Shown here piece by piece: positions 28,908 to 38,385 of a DNA stretch of 64,000 nt. This DNA comes from an uncultured Chloroflexia bacterium. Lineage in GTDB: Bacteria > Chloroflexota > Anaerolineae > Anaerolineales > Anaerolineaceae. A program made the position numbers and the translations under genes. The stretch is taken from the NCBI GenBank assembly GCA_963831305.1, contig CAWHPL010000001.1, positions 175,352-239,351 on the forward strand. The letters are read 5' to 3'. The notes under the pieces are model-generated. The model was not told the origin of the DNA. It saw nothing but the letters and a program-made list of their open reading frames with translations, and did not search any database. Position 1 is the stretch's first letter. Each line of letters starts with the position of its first letter.

Positions 28908-30292
28908 TTAAGCTCATTCACCCAATTCTTGAAATAATTGCCGCGTTCTTCAAAATCTTTAAAAGCATCATAGCTGGTGCAGCCAGGAGAGAGGAGTACT
29001 ACATCTCCGTTGGAAGCTATTTCAGCGGCTTTAACTAACGCAGACTCAAACGACCCTGCAATATGGATACTTTCCAGAGTTTCACCAGCCAGCGGGTCGC
29101 CAAGCGCGGATGCGATTTTTTGTGAGGCTTCGCCGAAAATAATGACTTTTGAGACCCTTTGATGAATCTGAGTTGAAAGATCCTGCCAGGGAAGGTTTTT
29201 ATCACGACCACCAAGGAGAAGTACGATGGGTTCCGTGAAAGAAGACAAAGCCGCCATGGTACGCTCGGGAGCGGTTGCAATCGAGTCATTAATCCAAGTT
29301 ACACCGTTAATTCTCTAACAATTTCGAGGCGGTGTGGTACCCCTGTAAAACCAAGGATGCCTGTTTTTATTGCATCAATGGTCATGCCTGCTGCGGCGCA
29401 AATTGAAACAGCGGCCAATACGTTGAAAAGGTTGTGGCGCCCGCAGCAGGTGGATTTCACTCGTTTCGATCACCGGGGTTACCGTGTTGTCAACTTTAAG
29501 CATGACCCATCCGTTTTCAACAAAAGTACCGTTTTCATCATCAACAAGTGGGTTCAATCCAAAAGAGAAGAGTTGACCAACTGTGACTGATTTGAGAGCC
29601 GATGACCCGGCGTCATCCCGATTAAGAATAGTCAGATCTTTTTCATTTTGGAATTTGAGGATGCGGGTTTTGGCTGCGGTATAGGCTGCCATTGTGCCGT
29701 GGCGATCCAGATGGTTTGGCGTGATATTGAGGACAGCAGCGATGTGAGGGCTGACTGTCATTTGTTCCAACTGGAAGCTTGATAGTTCAAGAATAACCAG
29801 ATCATTTGCTTTGATGTCGTCCAAATACTCGACCAGTGGCTGACCAATATTGCCGCCGACCCAGGCTTTTTGTGAGGGTTGGACTGAATTTTGAGCAATA
29901 CGACCCACCAGGGTAGTGGTGGTGGTTTTTCCGGCTGAACCGGTGATGCCTATGACGGGAGCTTTTACTTCTTCCATGAAAATTTGAGAATCATTGGTGA
30001 GGAGCAATCCGTGTTCAATGGCACTCTTCACAATGGGCAGATCAAGGGGAATTCCACCTGAAAGGCAAACAATCTCAACCCGGTCAAGCAGCGAGAGGGG
30101 ATGACTGCCCAGAACGAGTTCAATTCCGCGGGATTTCAACTCTTCTACGGTATTCCCCATTTGCTCAGGTGTACATTTGTCGTTAAGGATGACACAAGCT
30201 TGTTTACTGGCAAGGTAGCGTGCCAGAGCCTGCCCTTGCCGAGCGGCTCCGAGAATCAAAACCCTTTTACCTTGCCATTTATTGATTGACAT
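28904..30292 (-). pseudogene. murD: UDP-N-acetylmuramoylalanine--D-glutamate ligase, two frameshifts as sequenced
   Basis: N-terminal part is ORF 29375-30292 (ILGAARQG, GITGSAGKTTT). The middle part HNLFNVLAAVSICAAAGMTIDAIKTGILGFTGVPHRLEIVREL is only readable in a third frame. The C-terminal part is NGVTWINDSIATAPERTMAAL... (ORF 28904-29257). Shifts lie near 29436-29446 and at ttaac 29306-29310. Confidence 0.85.
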
Positions 30293-30295
30293 TTT

Positions 30296-31288
30296 TTATG
30301 CCATCGCAATCGCAAAACCAAAAATTCCGAATAAAAGGCTGATCAGCCAAAAACGCTGCACAACCTGCGTTTCACTCCAACCAATCAATTCAAAGTGATG
30401 ATGCAAAGGAGCCATTTTGAAAAGACGTTTCCCCTTGGTATATTTGAAATAAAGCACCTGAAGTACATCACTGGCGACATTACTGACGGGGATTATCGCA
30501 ACCAGAGGTAGGAGCAACCATTGACCTGTCATGAGGGAAACAACACCAAGAACTGCGCCAAGTGATAATGAACCAAGGTCACCCATAAAAAGCATGGCGG
30601 GATGAACATTGAACCATAAGAATCCGAACAGGCCACCTACGATTGTGAAGCAGAAACGACCCACAAACAAGTTGCCTTGCATCAAAGCGATGCTTCCATA
30701 AGTAGCAAAGGCAGTAACCGAGATGAGTCCGGCGAGCCCATCAAGTCCATCAGTGAGGTTAACCGCGTTTGACATGAGCACAATAACAAATGTGGCGATG
30801 GGAATGTACCAGCTACCCAGATCGATCTCGCCTTGAGTGCCGGGTAAATATAATTGCGGAACCTGGAGAACATTTTTTAAGACAAAGGCTGTGGCAATTG
30901 CCAGAATAACCTGGATTAGGAATTTGGTACGAGCCCGCATTCCCATACCTTTACGGGGTCCGCGGATTCCTTCCCAATCATCGATTGCCCCAAGGACACC
31001 AAAAGCGAACATCACCGCTAGCGGCAGGAGAACGGATTGCCCGAGGACATTAATTCCAAGGATATCTACCGCATTGAGGAGAATTGTTACTGCTGCAACG
31101 GGGATGAGAATCATGAGACCGCCCATGGTGGGGGTTCCCATTTTGGTGATGTGGCTATCGGGACCTTCAACGCGGATCATTTTTCCAAGGCGAAAATGCT
31201 TCAGGATGCGTATGAGGGGGCTTCCCCAAATAACTGCCAGGACGAATCCCAATCCACTTAGCGCAATTGCTAATGAGGTTTCTTTCAC
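30296..31288 (-). CDS. mraY: phospho-N-acetylmuramoyl-pentapeptide transferase
   Basis: NAVNLTDGLDGLA, PAMLFMGDLGSL, and APLHHHFE. Confidence 0.95.
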   Translation of the reverse strand: MKETSLAIALSGLGFVLAVIWGSPLIRILKHFRLGKMIRVEGPDSHITKMGTPTMGGLMILIPVAAVTILLNAVDILGINVLGQSVLLPLAVMFAFGVLGAIDDWEGIRGPRKGMGMRARTKFLIQVILAIATAFVLKNVLQVPQLYLPGTQGEIDLGSWYIPIATFVIVLMSNAVNLTDGLDGLAGLISVTAFATYGSIALMQGNLFVGRFCFTIVGGLFGFLWFNVHPAMLFMGDLGSLSLGAVLGVVSLMTGQWLLLPLVAIIPVSNVASDVLQVLYFKYTKGKRLFKMAPLHHHFELIGWSETQVVQRFWLISLLFGIFGFAIAMA

Positions 31289-32706
31289 TCTTCCACCTCC
31301 AGAGCTTGAATGATATGGTCCATGCGCAGACCGTGAGATCCCTTAATCAACACCACATCTCCCTTATGTAAATTAGTTCGAAGCATTTCTACCACCTGAT
31401 CTGGTTCATCGAACGAAGTGATCAACTGACTTTCCATGCCGGCTTCACGCGCCGATGAGGCGATTTGTTTCGCGAGATCTCCGAGAGTGATCAATTGATC
31501 GACTACTTCAGCTGCTCGAATACCGACCTTTTCGTGCCCTTCAAGTTCGTATTCACCTAACTCGAACATGCCACCCAAGACTGCAATTTTCCGTCCCGGC
31601 AATTCAGAGAGCAAATTGAGTGCGGCAAGGGTTGACTCAGGTGAGGCGTTGTAAGTGTCATCCAGTAAAAGTGCTCCTTCACGGGTTCGAGCTGCAACGA
31701 GCCTTAGCTGCCCGCTTGAATGCTGTAACGCAGTAATCGCTTCTTCGATTGGCATACCTTCTACCAGAGCAGCTGCGATTGCGCGCAGGATGGTATGAAC
31801 GCTGTGCTGACCAATCAGGGGAGCGTGGGTAACGAATGTGTCACCCGCATAATGTAAGTGGAAGCGCAACCCTTTTAAGCCTTCGCTTTCAATATGGTCT
31901 GCCCATAACTCAGCCTGGGGATTTAGCCCGTAGAAAAAGACCCGCGCCTGAGTGAGGTTTGCCATCGGGACAATCCAGGGATCATCCATGTTGAGAATTG
32001 CTGTGCCTTCGGGGGCAGCCGGCAAGGCTTGAACCAATTCACTTTTCCCTTTTGCAATCATTTCCTGGGATCCGGCACGCTCTGCGTGAACGGTGCCGAT
32101 ATTGGTGAGGATGCCTACCTGGGGGAGGGCAATCCTACATAAATGTGCTACTTCACCGGGGTAATAGAATCCCATTTCAGCGACAACTTTTTCGTATCCT
32201 GGACCGAGGCGAAGCATGGTAAGCGGAAGACCGATTTCATTATTAAGATTGCCTTGATTTTTTAAAGTGCGGAAACGACTGGAAAGAATCTCTGCCACAA
32301 GTTCTTTGGTGGTGGATTTTCCAACGCTGCCGGTAATCCCGATTACACGTGGATTGAATTTTCTGCGCCAAAAAGCGGCCAATTTGGTCAATGCGTCTTG
32401 TGAGTTCACCACCCGGATTGCAAAAGGAAGATCCGGGATTACTGCATCCCGGTTGAAAGGTTTGGTGAGATCAAATACAGGGATGGCGGGGTCGATATTC
32501 TTATCGACCAATGCCATTGCTGCACCATGGCTGAAGGCATCAGATACATAAGCATGGCCGTCCACATTTTCGCCTTTATAAGCTACGAAAAGTGAGCCCG
32601 GGATTGCCTGCCGTGAATCCACCACGGCTTCGGTTATGCCGGGTGTGGGATGCACAGGACGGGTGCCTTGTTCTGATTCGATCAAATCTGCCAGCGTTAA
32701 CATCAT
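31285..32706 (-). CDS. murF: UDP-N-acetylmuramoyl-tripeptide--D-alanyl-D-alanine ligase
   Basis: DSRQAIPGSLFVAYKGENVDGH, GITGSVGKSTT, GNLNNEIGLPLTMLRL, and DDTYNASP. Confidence 0.9.
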   Translation of the reverse strand: MMLTLADLIESEQGTRPVHPTPGITEAVVDSRQAIPGSLFVAYKGENVDGHAYVSDAFSHGAAMALVDKNIDPAIPVFDLTKPFNRDAVIPDLPFAIRVVNSQDALTKLAAFWRRKFNPRVIGITGSVGKSTTKELVAEILSSRFRTLKNQGNLNNEIGLPLTMLRLGPGYEKVVAEMGFYYPGEVAHLCRIALPQVGILTNIGTVHAERAGSQEMIAKGKSELVQALPAAPEGTAILNMDDPWIVPMANLTQARVFFYGLNPQAELWADHIESEGLKGLRFHLHYAGDTFVTHAPLIGQHSVHTILRAIAAALVEGMPIEEAITALQHSSGQLRLVAARTREGALLLDDTYNASPESTLAALNLLSELPGRKIAVLGGMFELGEYELEGHEKVGIRAAEVVDQLITLGDLAKQIASSAREAGMESQLITSFDEPDQVVEMLRTNLHKGDVVLIKGSHGLRMDHIIQALEVEE

Positions 32707-32710
32707 TTCC

Positions 32711-34486
32711 TTATTGACCTTGCAAACTCATCCGCTGATCGTCAGGAGGGATGTTCATTAAAACAACAATTTCCTTGACGACATCACGGAAAACGGGCGC
32801 CGCGACAATCGAGCCCCAGATTGAGGACTGTGGTTTTTCAAGCCAAACGTAGACAATAAATTTGGGATCCTCCACTGGACCCCACCCGACAAAAGAGGCA
32901 TTGGTTGCATAACTTGAATACTGACCATTGACTGCAATTTCAGCGGTTCCGGTCTTGCCTGCCACACGATAGTTATCGACTAATGCATCGGAGGCTTCTT
33001 CTTCAAGGGATACAGCCAGCATTTCAGTAATCGTGTAGGCTGTGGCAGCAGTGATGGGAGCGCCAGCGATTTTAGTGCCGGTGTTAAACTGCTGACCATC
33101 CTGGATATAAGCTTTGAGCACATGAGGGACGACCATCTTGCCATCATTGGCGAGCGCAGATGCTGCCATGATCATTTGTATTGGGGTAACAGCAACACCC
33201 TGACCAAACGAATTGGTGGCGAGGTTGATCGTGTACCATGTGGGATCATTTGGTTCGCTGAGCGGGTAGACTTCTTCGCCAGCGAGATCGATATTGGTAC
33301 GGTGACCGATGCCGAACCGATCCATATACTGGTAGAAAGTGGTAGGTCCCAACTGGGTAGCAATCCATGAGAGGCAAACATTCAATGAATGCTGCATACA
33401 ACCTACCATAGTCTGAAGTCCCCAAGCACTGCGATCCCAGTTATAAATGTCCCAGCCGCCAACCTCGATTACGCCAGTGTCATTGAATTCTGTGGTTGGA
33501 GTCACTGTTCCATTATCAAGAGCTGCTGCCATAGTCAGAACTTTGAAAACAGAGCCTGGTTCGTAGACCTGGCTGACGGCTTTGTTGAATGGGATACCGG
33601 CGGTGAAGACATCACCATAAGTCCAATAATTGTTAGGGTTGAAGCGGGGCGTGGTAGCCATTGCCAGGATCTCACCGGTTTCTGGATCCATGACGATGAT
33701 CGTGCCATTGGCAGCTTTATTTTTTGTTACAGCTTTATCAAGAATGGTTTCCACACTGCGCTGCATTTCGCGGTCAATAGTGAGTACCAGACTGGAAGCA
33801 GCTGGAGCTGTTGGGATTTCTTGCATTTCGTATGGATCAAGTTTGATAAGAACTTTTTGTTTGGTGCCGGATAGCAGATCGTTGTATTCTTCTTCAACAC
33901 CAAAATATCCGTTACCGCCTTCGCGGTCGAAAAAGGTATAAAAACCCAGCACGTTGGAAGCTAATTCATTCTCGGGATAAATTCGCTGTAAATGAGCTGT
34001 CCAGGTTAATCCTCGAAGAGAGGGAAGTGATAGGTCTTCGCCGTAAGGATTTGCGGCTTCATATTGTTTCTTCAGATTGATCAGCTCTTCCAATTTGTCG
34101 GAAGTAACGAAATCGGCGAGGGTCACATAAACCATTGTCGCGGGTTCGTATGGCAAACTAACAGCTGCCAGGGACGCATCATAATCGACGCCGAATAATT
34201 TTGAAGCCGCAGAAGCGATGGCCGTCGGGTTCTGTACATATTGCAGTTCTGCGCCAATCTCATAAACCTCTTTGTTACCAGCGAGGAGATGACCCCAGCG
34301 GTCATAGATATATCCGCGTTCAGATTGAACGGTGCGAACTTCAACCCCGTAGCTTTGAGCCCATTTATCAAGGTAAGCTGCGTGGGTGCTGGTTTGAATT
34401 CGGATCATCTGAACTGCGATCACCACAACAAAAGCGGTGAGAAATAATCCAATTGCTTTGGGGCGATTGATTGAGCGCAGGTTCAT
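32711..34486 (-). CDS. ftsI: penicillin-binding protein (class B transpeptidase, FtsI/PBP2-type)
   Basis: N-terminal TM, SVFK (SxxK), and KTGTA, in the position after ftsL. Confidence 0.85.
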   Translation of the reverse strand: MNLRSINRPKAIGLFLTAFVVVIAVQMIRIQTSTHAAYLDKWAQSYGVEVRTVQSERGYIYDRWGHLLAGNKEVYEIGAELQYVQNPTAIASAASKLFGVDYDASLAAVSLPYEPATMVYVTLADFVTSDKLEELINLKKQYEAANPYGEDLSLPSLRGLTWTAHLQRIYPENELASNVLGFYTFFDREGGNGYFGVEEEYNDLLSGTKQKVLIKLDPYEMQEIPTAPAASSLVLTIDREMQRSVETILDKAVTKNKAANGTIIVMDPETGEILAMATTPRFNPNNYWTYGDVFTAGIPFNKAVSQVYEPGSVFKVLTMAAALDNGTVTPTTEFNDTGVIEVGGWDIYNWDRSAWGLQTMVGCMQHSLNVCLSWIATQLGPTTFYQYMDRFGIGHRTNIDLAGEEVYPLSEPNDPTWYTINLATNSFGQGVAVTPIQMIMAASALANDGKMVVPHVLKAYIQDGQQFNTGTKIAGAPITAATAYTITEMLAVSLEEEASDALVDNYRVAGKTGTAEIAVNGQYSSYATNASFVGWGPVEDPKFIVYVWLEKPQSSIWGSIVAAPVFRDVVKEIVVLMNIPPDDQRMSLQGQ

Positions 34487-35004
34487 CGTGTGTTTCCTCC
34501 CACGCTATCACTCAAGCGGTTTAATCCGCTAAACATCCAATCCCAAAGAGATTGCCGGTAAATTGATTTGACAATTGAAATTCCTGAATTGCTTACTCCG
34601 GGAGGAGCGGCTAGAACAACCGGTTGCCGTCCGGTGTATCCATTTACTAACACGTAAACCGCTTGAGAAGGGTCTATCCGTTGAAAACCGGCATCTTTGG
34701 CGCGTTGTTCCATGATGGCAGCTGAGGTGATGATGGCAATCTGCGCTTTGTGGTCAGCAATGGCGCGTTCGAGATTCTGACGTTGCAGGCTGTAAGAATA
34801 AGCACGCAAGCCGGCGGCAGCAGCACGTCCGCTGATGCTTAGATAGACACTGGCAACGAGAACCACGATCACCAATGCAAGCAGGAATAAACCCACAAAC
34901 TGGATCTGGTTCCTCCAGGGGGCTTGCTTGAACGCCTGTGAAAGGTTTAATCTAACCTTGCCACGGCGTGTTTTTCTTGGGGTTCGCTCATTGCGTTCTG
35001 TCAT
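34483..35004 (-). CDS. ftsL: FtsL-like cell division protein
   Basis: Basic N-terminus, single TM, and a coiled segment, located between rsmH and ftsI. Confidence 0.6.
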   Translation of the reverse strand: MTERNERTPRKTRRGKVRLNLSQAFKQAPWRNQIQFVGLFLLALVIVVLVASVYLSISGRAAAAGLRAYSYSLQRQNLERAIADHKAQIAIITSAAIMEQRAKDAGFQRIDPSQAVYVLVNGYTGRQPVVLAAPPGVSNSGISIVKSIYRQSLWDWMFSGLNRLSDSVGGNTR

Positions 35005-35006
35005 GT

Positions 35007-35940
35007 TTATATCTTTTCAGCCACTCTTAATTTGGCGCTTCTTGCGCGAGGGTTATTTTCTTTCTCGTTTTCATCAGCTTCGATCGGATGCCGAGTGATT
35101 TCGATGATGGAAGCTTTGTGCGCACATTGGCACACTAATTGGTCAGGCGGGCAGATGCAATCCCGGCTTTCCTGTTTAAAATACTGCTTTGTAATCCTGT
35201 CTTCCAGCGAGTGGAAGGAGATGACTGCCAAACGACCCCCTGAAGAAAGTGCATTCATTGCCTGAGGGAGAAAACCCTCCAGGGACTCAAGTTCACGATT
35301 GACTGCGATCCGTAATGCTTGAAAAGTTCGGGTAGCCGGGTGAATTCTTCCGCCGGGTTTTCGGCTTGACCTTGCGATCACTTTTGCCAGTTCGAGAGTT
35401 GTGGTAAGCGGCCGGTTTTGAATGATCATGCGGGCGATGCGATAAGAGTTACGCTCCTCACCATACTTCCAAATCAAATTTGCCAGGTCATTTTCTGAAT
35501 AAGTATTGACCATATCAGCCGCGCTGACGGGTTGGGACGGGTCAAAACGCATATCTAACGGTCCATCTTTTTGGAATGAGAAACCACGTTCGGGAGAGTC
35601 TATTTGCATCGATGAAACACCCAGGTCAATGACAATACCGTCTACATGGTCCCAGCCAAGCGTCAGCAACTGCGAAGAAAGAGAAGTGTAGGAGGAGTGG
35701 AACAGATGATAACGATCTTTAAAAGACGAAGAGGCGCTGGTGTGCAAGTTCCAGCGCCCGAGGATCAACATCCAATCCCAGTAGTTGCCCTTTCGGCGAA
35801 CTTTGCTCGAGGATCCCCCAGGCGTGTCCTCCAGCTCCGATGGTCGCATCTACATAGAACCCCGGACTTTTTGGACGCAAAGCAGTTATAATAGGTTGGT
35901 AAAGAACTGAGACATGTGGTGAAGCAGAGCCACTGTCCAT
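35007..35940 (-). pseudogene. rsmH: 16S rRNA (cytosine1402-N4)-methyltransferase RsmH, one frameshift near 35722-35742 as sequenced
   Basis: The N-terminus MDSGSASPHVSVLYQPIITAL...YVDATIGAGGHAWGIL...GLDVDPRALELAHQRL sits in the frame of ORF 35719-36255. The remainder, FKDRYHLFHSSY...DLGVSSMQID...SFHSLEDR, sits in ORF 35007-35849. Confidence 0.85.
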
Positions 35941-36394
35941 ATTTGGGTCATAGATGCTCAAGTCGAATTTCTCAGCAAGTTCTGCAGCAAGGTCAGGTGA
36001 ATCAAATTGCTCATCCTGTTTTTTGAGCAGTTCAGGTGACCAAACTTCAATATCCTCGCCGGTGCCGATAACTGTTGCTGCGCCATCCAAATGGGCATAT
36101 TCGCGAAGCACTGAGGGAATAATAAAGCGTCCGTTCTTGTCAAATTCAATTTCAGCTGCATTTTTGAACAAGAAACGGCGTAAATTACGAGTGCTGGCAT
36201 CAGCCATATTTAGACTGTTTACTTTATCAAAGAGTAAGTTTGAAACGATTGGCATTCATGATCAACAGGTTTCCGTCGAATCCGCGCACGACAAAAGCAC
36301 CAACACCCAACTGCTCACGAAAACGCGCAGGAAAGGTAATGCGGTTTTTCTCATCAATGTTGTGCTCGAATGTGCCAAAGAAACCTGCGAACAT
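35941..36394 (-). pseudogene. mraZ: transcriptional regulator MraZ, one frameshift near 36233-36245; no stop before the rsmH ATG in the 3' frame
   Basis: First half: MFAGFFGTFEHNIDEKNRITFPARFRE...IMNANRF. Second half in another frame: LLFDKVNSL...EIEFDKNGRFIIPSVLREYA...IEVWSPE. Confidence 0.8.
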
Positions 36395-36591
36395 AAGTTC
36401 TACCTTTCGTATATTATGCCGAAACGCCGGAAAACTCCGGCGCTCCACTTTCACCCACTTTTATCCACTTATGCATATATTATAACGAGTTTTCTTAGTT
36501 TTTCAAGTAGGAAAATGATTTTTTAAGTATTTTAATGGAACAAATCTCTGGTTTATACGTTAAGTAATCAGGAAATGTGAGGATAAATTCA

Positions 36592-37533
36592 ATGAAAAAA
36601 ATAAAATTGCCTGTAATTCTTGTGGGGTTTTTATTCCTGTCGGCGTGTTCCTTAACCCCGACCCAATTTCCAAATTCAGGCAGTGTTCCGACTGCGCTGA
36701 GCACTGAGGTTCCAGCTGTTCCTGCCGATATTAATACTCCAGTATCTCAACCTGCTGAAATTAATTTGGATGACTTGAAGAACATGCTGGTCTATGCGCC
36801 GGAACTGCAAAAGGATGTTCAATTGGTAGACGGACAATGGACTGAAGCCCAGCCTGATGGGTCTATCCAAACGGTCAATTTGGATGCGCATGTCGCGGTA
36901 GGTGATCTAAATTCAGACGGAGTAGACGATGCAGCGTTGTTGATTGCTGAATCGATGGGTGGGACCGGTAGTTTTTATTCAACGGTTGCGATGGTGAATG
37001 AGAACGGGAGTTTTGTCCCTAAAGGTTCTATATATGTGGATGATCGTCCGGTCATTCACTCACTTGAAATAAATAATGGCGAAATTATTTTGAAGGCGAA
37101 TGTGCACGGACCAAGTGATGCGATGGTCGAGCCGACGCTCAATTTAACGAAAACATACCGTATTTACAATGGTGAGGTAACGCTGTGGCGCCAGACGCAA
37201 TTGTTTAATGACGGCAAAATTCGAGAGATCAATATTGAATCCCCCCTGGATAATGAAGAAGTCAGCGGCACATTAACCTTAAAAGGAAACATGCCGATTG
37301 CTCCGTTTGAGAATAATCTTTTGATCCAGGCTTTCGGTGCACAATCGGGGGCAAATTTTCAAAACGGACTAATGGTTTCCTCAGAAGACATGGGGATGCC
37401 GGCAGCAATCGATACAACAGTTTCGTTGGGTATGTTTCATTCAGGAGAGCTTGTGCTGATTCAACTGATTGAGGAGAGCATGGCAGATGGTTCACCAATG
37501 GCAGTGGATAGTGTTGTTGTCAGGATGAAATAA
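36592..37533 (+). CDS. lipoprotein with a C-terminal Gmad2-like Ig domain
   Basis: MKKIKLPVILVGFLFLSACS lipobox. The C-terminal INIESPLDNEEVSGTLTLKGNMPIAPFENNLLIQ resembles the Gmad2 domain. Confidence 0.65.
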   Translation: MKKIKLPVILVGFLFLSACSLTPTQFPNSGSVPTALSTEVPAVPADINTPVSQPAEINLDDLKNMLVYAPELQKDVQLVDGQWTEAQPDGSIQTVNLDAHVAVGDLNSDGVDDAALLIAESMGGTGSFYSTVAMVNENGSFVPKGSIYVDDRPVIHSLEINNGEIILKANVHGPSDAMVEPTLNLTKTYRIYNGEVTLWRQTQLFNDGKIREINIESPLDNEEVSGTLTLKGNMPIAPFENNLLIQAFGAQSGANFQNGLMVSSEDMGMPAAIDTTVSLGMFHSGELVLIQLIEESMADGSPMAVDSVVVRMK

Positions 37534-37562
37534 CTGTTTTTAAACTGCCCACAATTAGGATG

Positions 37563-37595
37563 AATTGAGAAGGTTGGTTATCAACCTTCTCAATT
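37563..37595. terminator. 14-bp perfect hairpin between convergent genes
   Basis: aattgagaaggttg(gttat)caaccttctcaatt, with no clean U-tract on either side. Confidence 0.5.
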
Positions 37596-37626
37596 GTATT
37601 AAACAGGAAAAATTCCGAAAAATCGA

Positions 37627-38004
37627 TTATATCTGCTTGGTGTAGGCTCGCCAACCACGCCATGCGGTAATCTCTCTTTGCCTTTCACAAATGTAGGGTT
37701 CTGCCAGAATTCCCAGAACCACCTCGCCATCACTCAGTTCGATTTTTCCGAGGCAGAGACCGGGCGGCTCATTGGAAAGGATGCCAATAAGGCTATCGGC
37801 GTCTATCTGCCAAATCTCTAAATTAATGCTTACTCCTTTATCTGACGAGCGTAGCATCCCTGGATATTCGTCACCAATTGACCAAAGAGAATAGTATGGT
37901 GAGGTTTGCGCTTCGCGAATAAAAATTGCGCCAACATTCATCAGGTTGGGGTTCAAGGCGAGTCCGCGCATTAAGGTTCCATTAACAGCAAAAAGTATTT
38001 TCAT
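37627..38004 (-). CDS. gamma-glutamylcyclotransferase (AIG2/GGCT-like) family protein
   Basis: 125 aa: FAVNGTLMRG...YPGM...GEV resembles the GGCT fold pattern. Confidence 0.6.
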   Translation of the reverse strand: MKILFAVNGTLMRGLALNPNLMNVGAIFIREAQTSPYYSLWSIGDEYPGMLRSSDKGVSINLEIWQIDADSLIGILSNEPPGLCLGKIELSDGEVVLGILAEPYICERQREITAWRGWRAYTKQI

Positions 38005-38027
38005 ATCCTTGGTTTTCCCATGATTAG

Positions 38028-38185
38028 CTATTCACTGACTCCCGGGAGGCATTGCAATGCTTCAGCCAGGTGAACCTGATTGATTGGCAAAAATCATACA
38101 AGTCAGCAATCTTGATGTCTCCCATTCACTCAGCGCTGATACAAGCCACCGGGTATCCGTGAGAGGTATTTCCATCATATTTTCT
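38028..38185 (-). pseudogene. decayed fragment of a comM/yifB 3' end
   Basis: The minus-strand reading ends ...QVHLAEALQCLPGVSE*, versus ...QVHLAEALQYRPRVGGL* in comM. It has 20 identical nt plus weaker, frame-broken similarity (KIADL, acctctc..atacc) extending about 100 nt upstream. Confidence 0.7.
38059..38078. repeat. 20-bp direct repeat copy A (gcttcagccaggtgaacctg)
   Basis: Identical to 41046-41065, same orientation. Confidence 0.95.
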
Positions 38186-38385
38186 CAACAAAAAATAGTG
38201 CCCTCTATTTCCATACTTCTGGTATCGTCAAAGTGATAATCAAAGTCAGTTTATCAGTTTTATTAATATTACGGAATATTAGAAATTTATATAATCCTTG
38301 TACATGAAATTGTTTATTTCATTAGTCTAAATTAGAATATTAATTAATAATGGTTAATTGAATGTTTAGAGGTAAAGGAGTTTTA

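Noticed and set aside
31285-32706. Considered whether this Mur ligase is MurE, the gene expected after ftsI.
   Set aside because: The motifs (DSR..PG.LFVA..G...DGH, GNLNNEIGLP) and the absence of a DAP/Lys-binding DNPR-type motif indicate MurF.
35954-36526. 190-aa plus-strand ORF across mraZ.
   Set aside because: It is antisense to both recognisable MraZ halves and has a Ser-rich, low-complexity translation.
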